NCBI GenBank assembly: GCA_028534125.1 | Contig: CM052818.1 | Coordinates: 7,380,001-7,444,000 of the forward strand | DNA length: 64,000 nucleotides | Direction: 5' to 3' | From: Lama glama | Taxonomy: Eukaryota | Shown: positions 63,301 through 64,000 of the stretch, one piece after another | Layout of the letters: each line of letters starts with the position of its first letter | Numbering within the stretch: the first letter of the stretch is position 1 | Notes under the pieces: model-generated | What the model was told of the DNA's origin: nothing | Seen by the model: only the letters and a program-made list of their open reading frames with translations | Databases searched by the model: none | Made by a program: the position numbers and the translations under genes

Positions 63301-64000
63301 ATTTAAAGGAGCAGAGCTTCCAAAGCTATGAACACCAGCTGCCTCAGGTGCTGCAGCTCTGGACAAAGCAGGAAGAGCTGCAGGTGTCATGGATGGCAGC
63401 CCCAGGTGACGACACACGTCATAACAATCCAGTCTCTGCATTTGTGGCCGGCTCCCACCCTCCACCCCACCCTCCACTCACGCTTCGCTCCCTGCACTTG
63501 AGCCAAGAGGCCTCAGAAGGCCTCTCATCAAACCACCCACACTCTACTGGGAAAACCTCCACCATGCAAGGCAGTAACCTTTTGTTCCCATCGCAGAGCA
63601 AGGAACTCTGTGCCCCCAAGGAGAGGTTAAATCAGGAATTCTGTTTTCTCATCTGAAAGTGTATGCAGTTGAGCCACGTGCATTTTTATTTCTCGTGCAT
63701 TTCCATTTCCCTATCTTCCAGTCCGGGTCATTTTTGCTCCTGGCTGGCTGAACCTTCTGGTATTTTCTCAGCCTTGGTGGTTGTGGCTGCCTTTATCCCT
63801 GGGGTGTCATTCCGGAGAAGGAGTTTCTTATGTTCCCAGAAACAAGTAAATCAAAAAAAGCAAAAGAGAAAATGGAGCCTATGAGCGGTGACATCAGTTT
63901 ATGAGTGGCTTCTATTAAGCCTGGTCCTTAATGAGCTTAGGGCCCCAGAGGACTTCTCTAAGCCTGATAATGCTATCTCATAAAACTTGAAGAAACCACA

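Noticed and set aside
1..64000. CRISPR arrays, operons or prokaryotic defence systems
   Set aside because: The sequence is mammalian and repeat-rich; I saw no regularly spaced repeat-spacer array or gene-dense segment

Overview
Mammalian genomic DNA, most likely camelid (Camelus/Vicugna), judged from three copies of a tRNA-derived SINE resembling Vic-1 and from the style of the young L1 3' UTRs. It contains one 500-N assembly gap at 56809-57308. I recognise no protein-coding gene, rRNA, functional tRNA or CRISPR array, so the window reads as intergenic or deep-intronic. It is dense in interspersed repeats: L1 of several ages, L2, MIR, ERVL/MaLR solo LTRs, an internally deleted Tigger1 and hAT MITEs, many of them nested with visible target-site duplications (TSDs). 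Repeat family names come from my recollection of consensus sequences and need RepeatMasker/Dfam confirmation; boundaries of old repeats are approximate. The most interesting observations are: (1) a ~356-bp element in which an L1 5' end is joined directly to an L1 3' end at an apparent splice acceptor, consistent with a spliced L1 retrocopy; (2) a ~140-bp segment duplicated 2 kb away and bracketed by 29-bp direct repeats; (3) a 35-nt LTR-like, poly(A)-tailed retro-insert inside an old L1; (4) a strong CTCF site with a weaker divergent partner; and (5) a few unproven minus-strand exon, poly(A) and micropeptide candidates. None of these establishes a new biological system from sequence alone.
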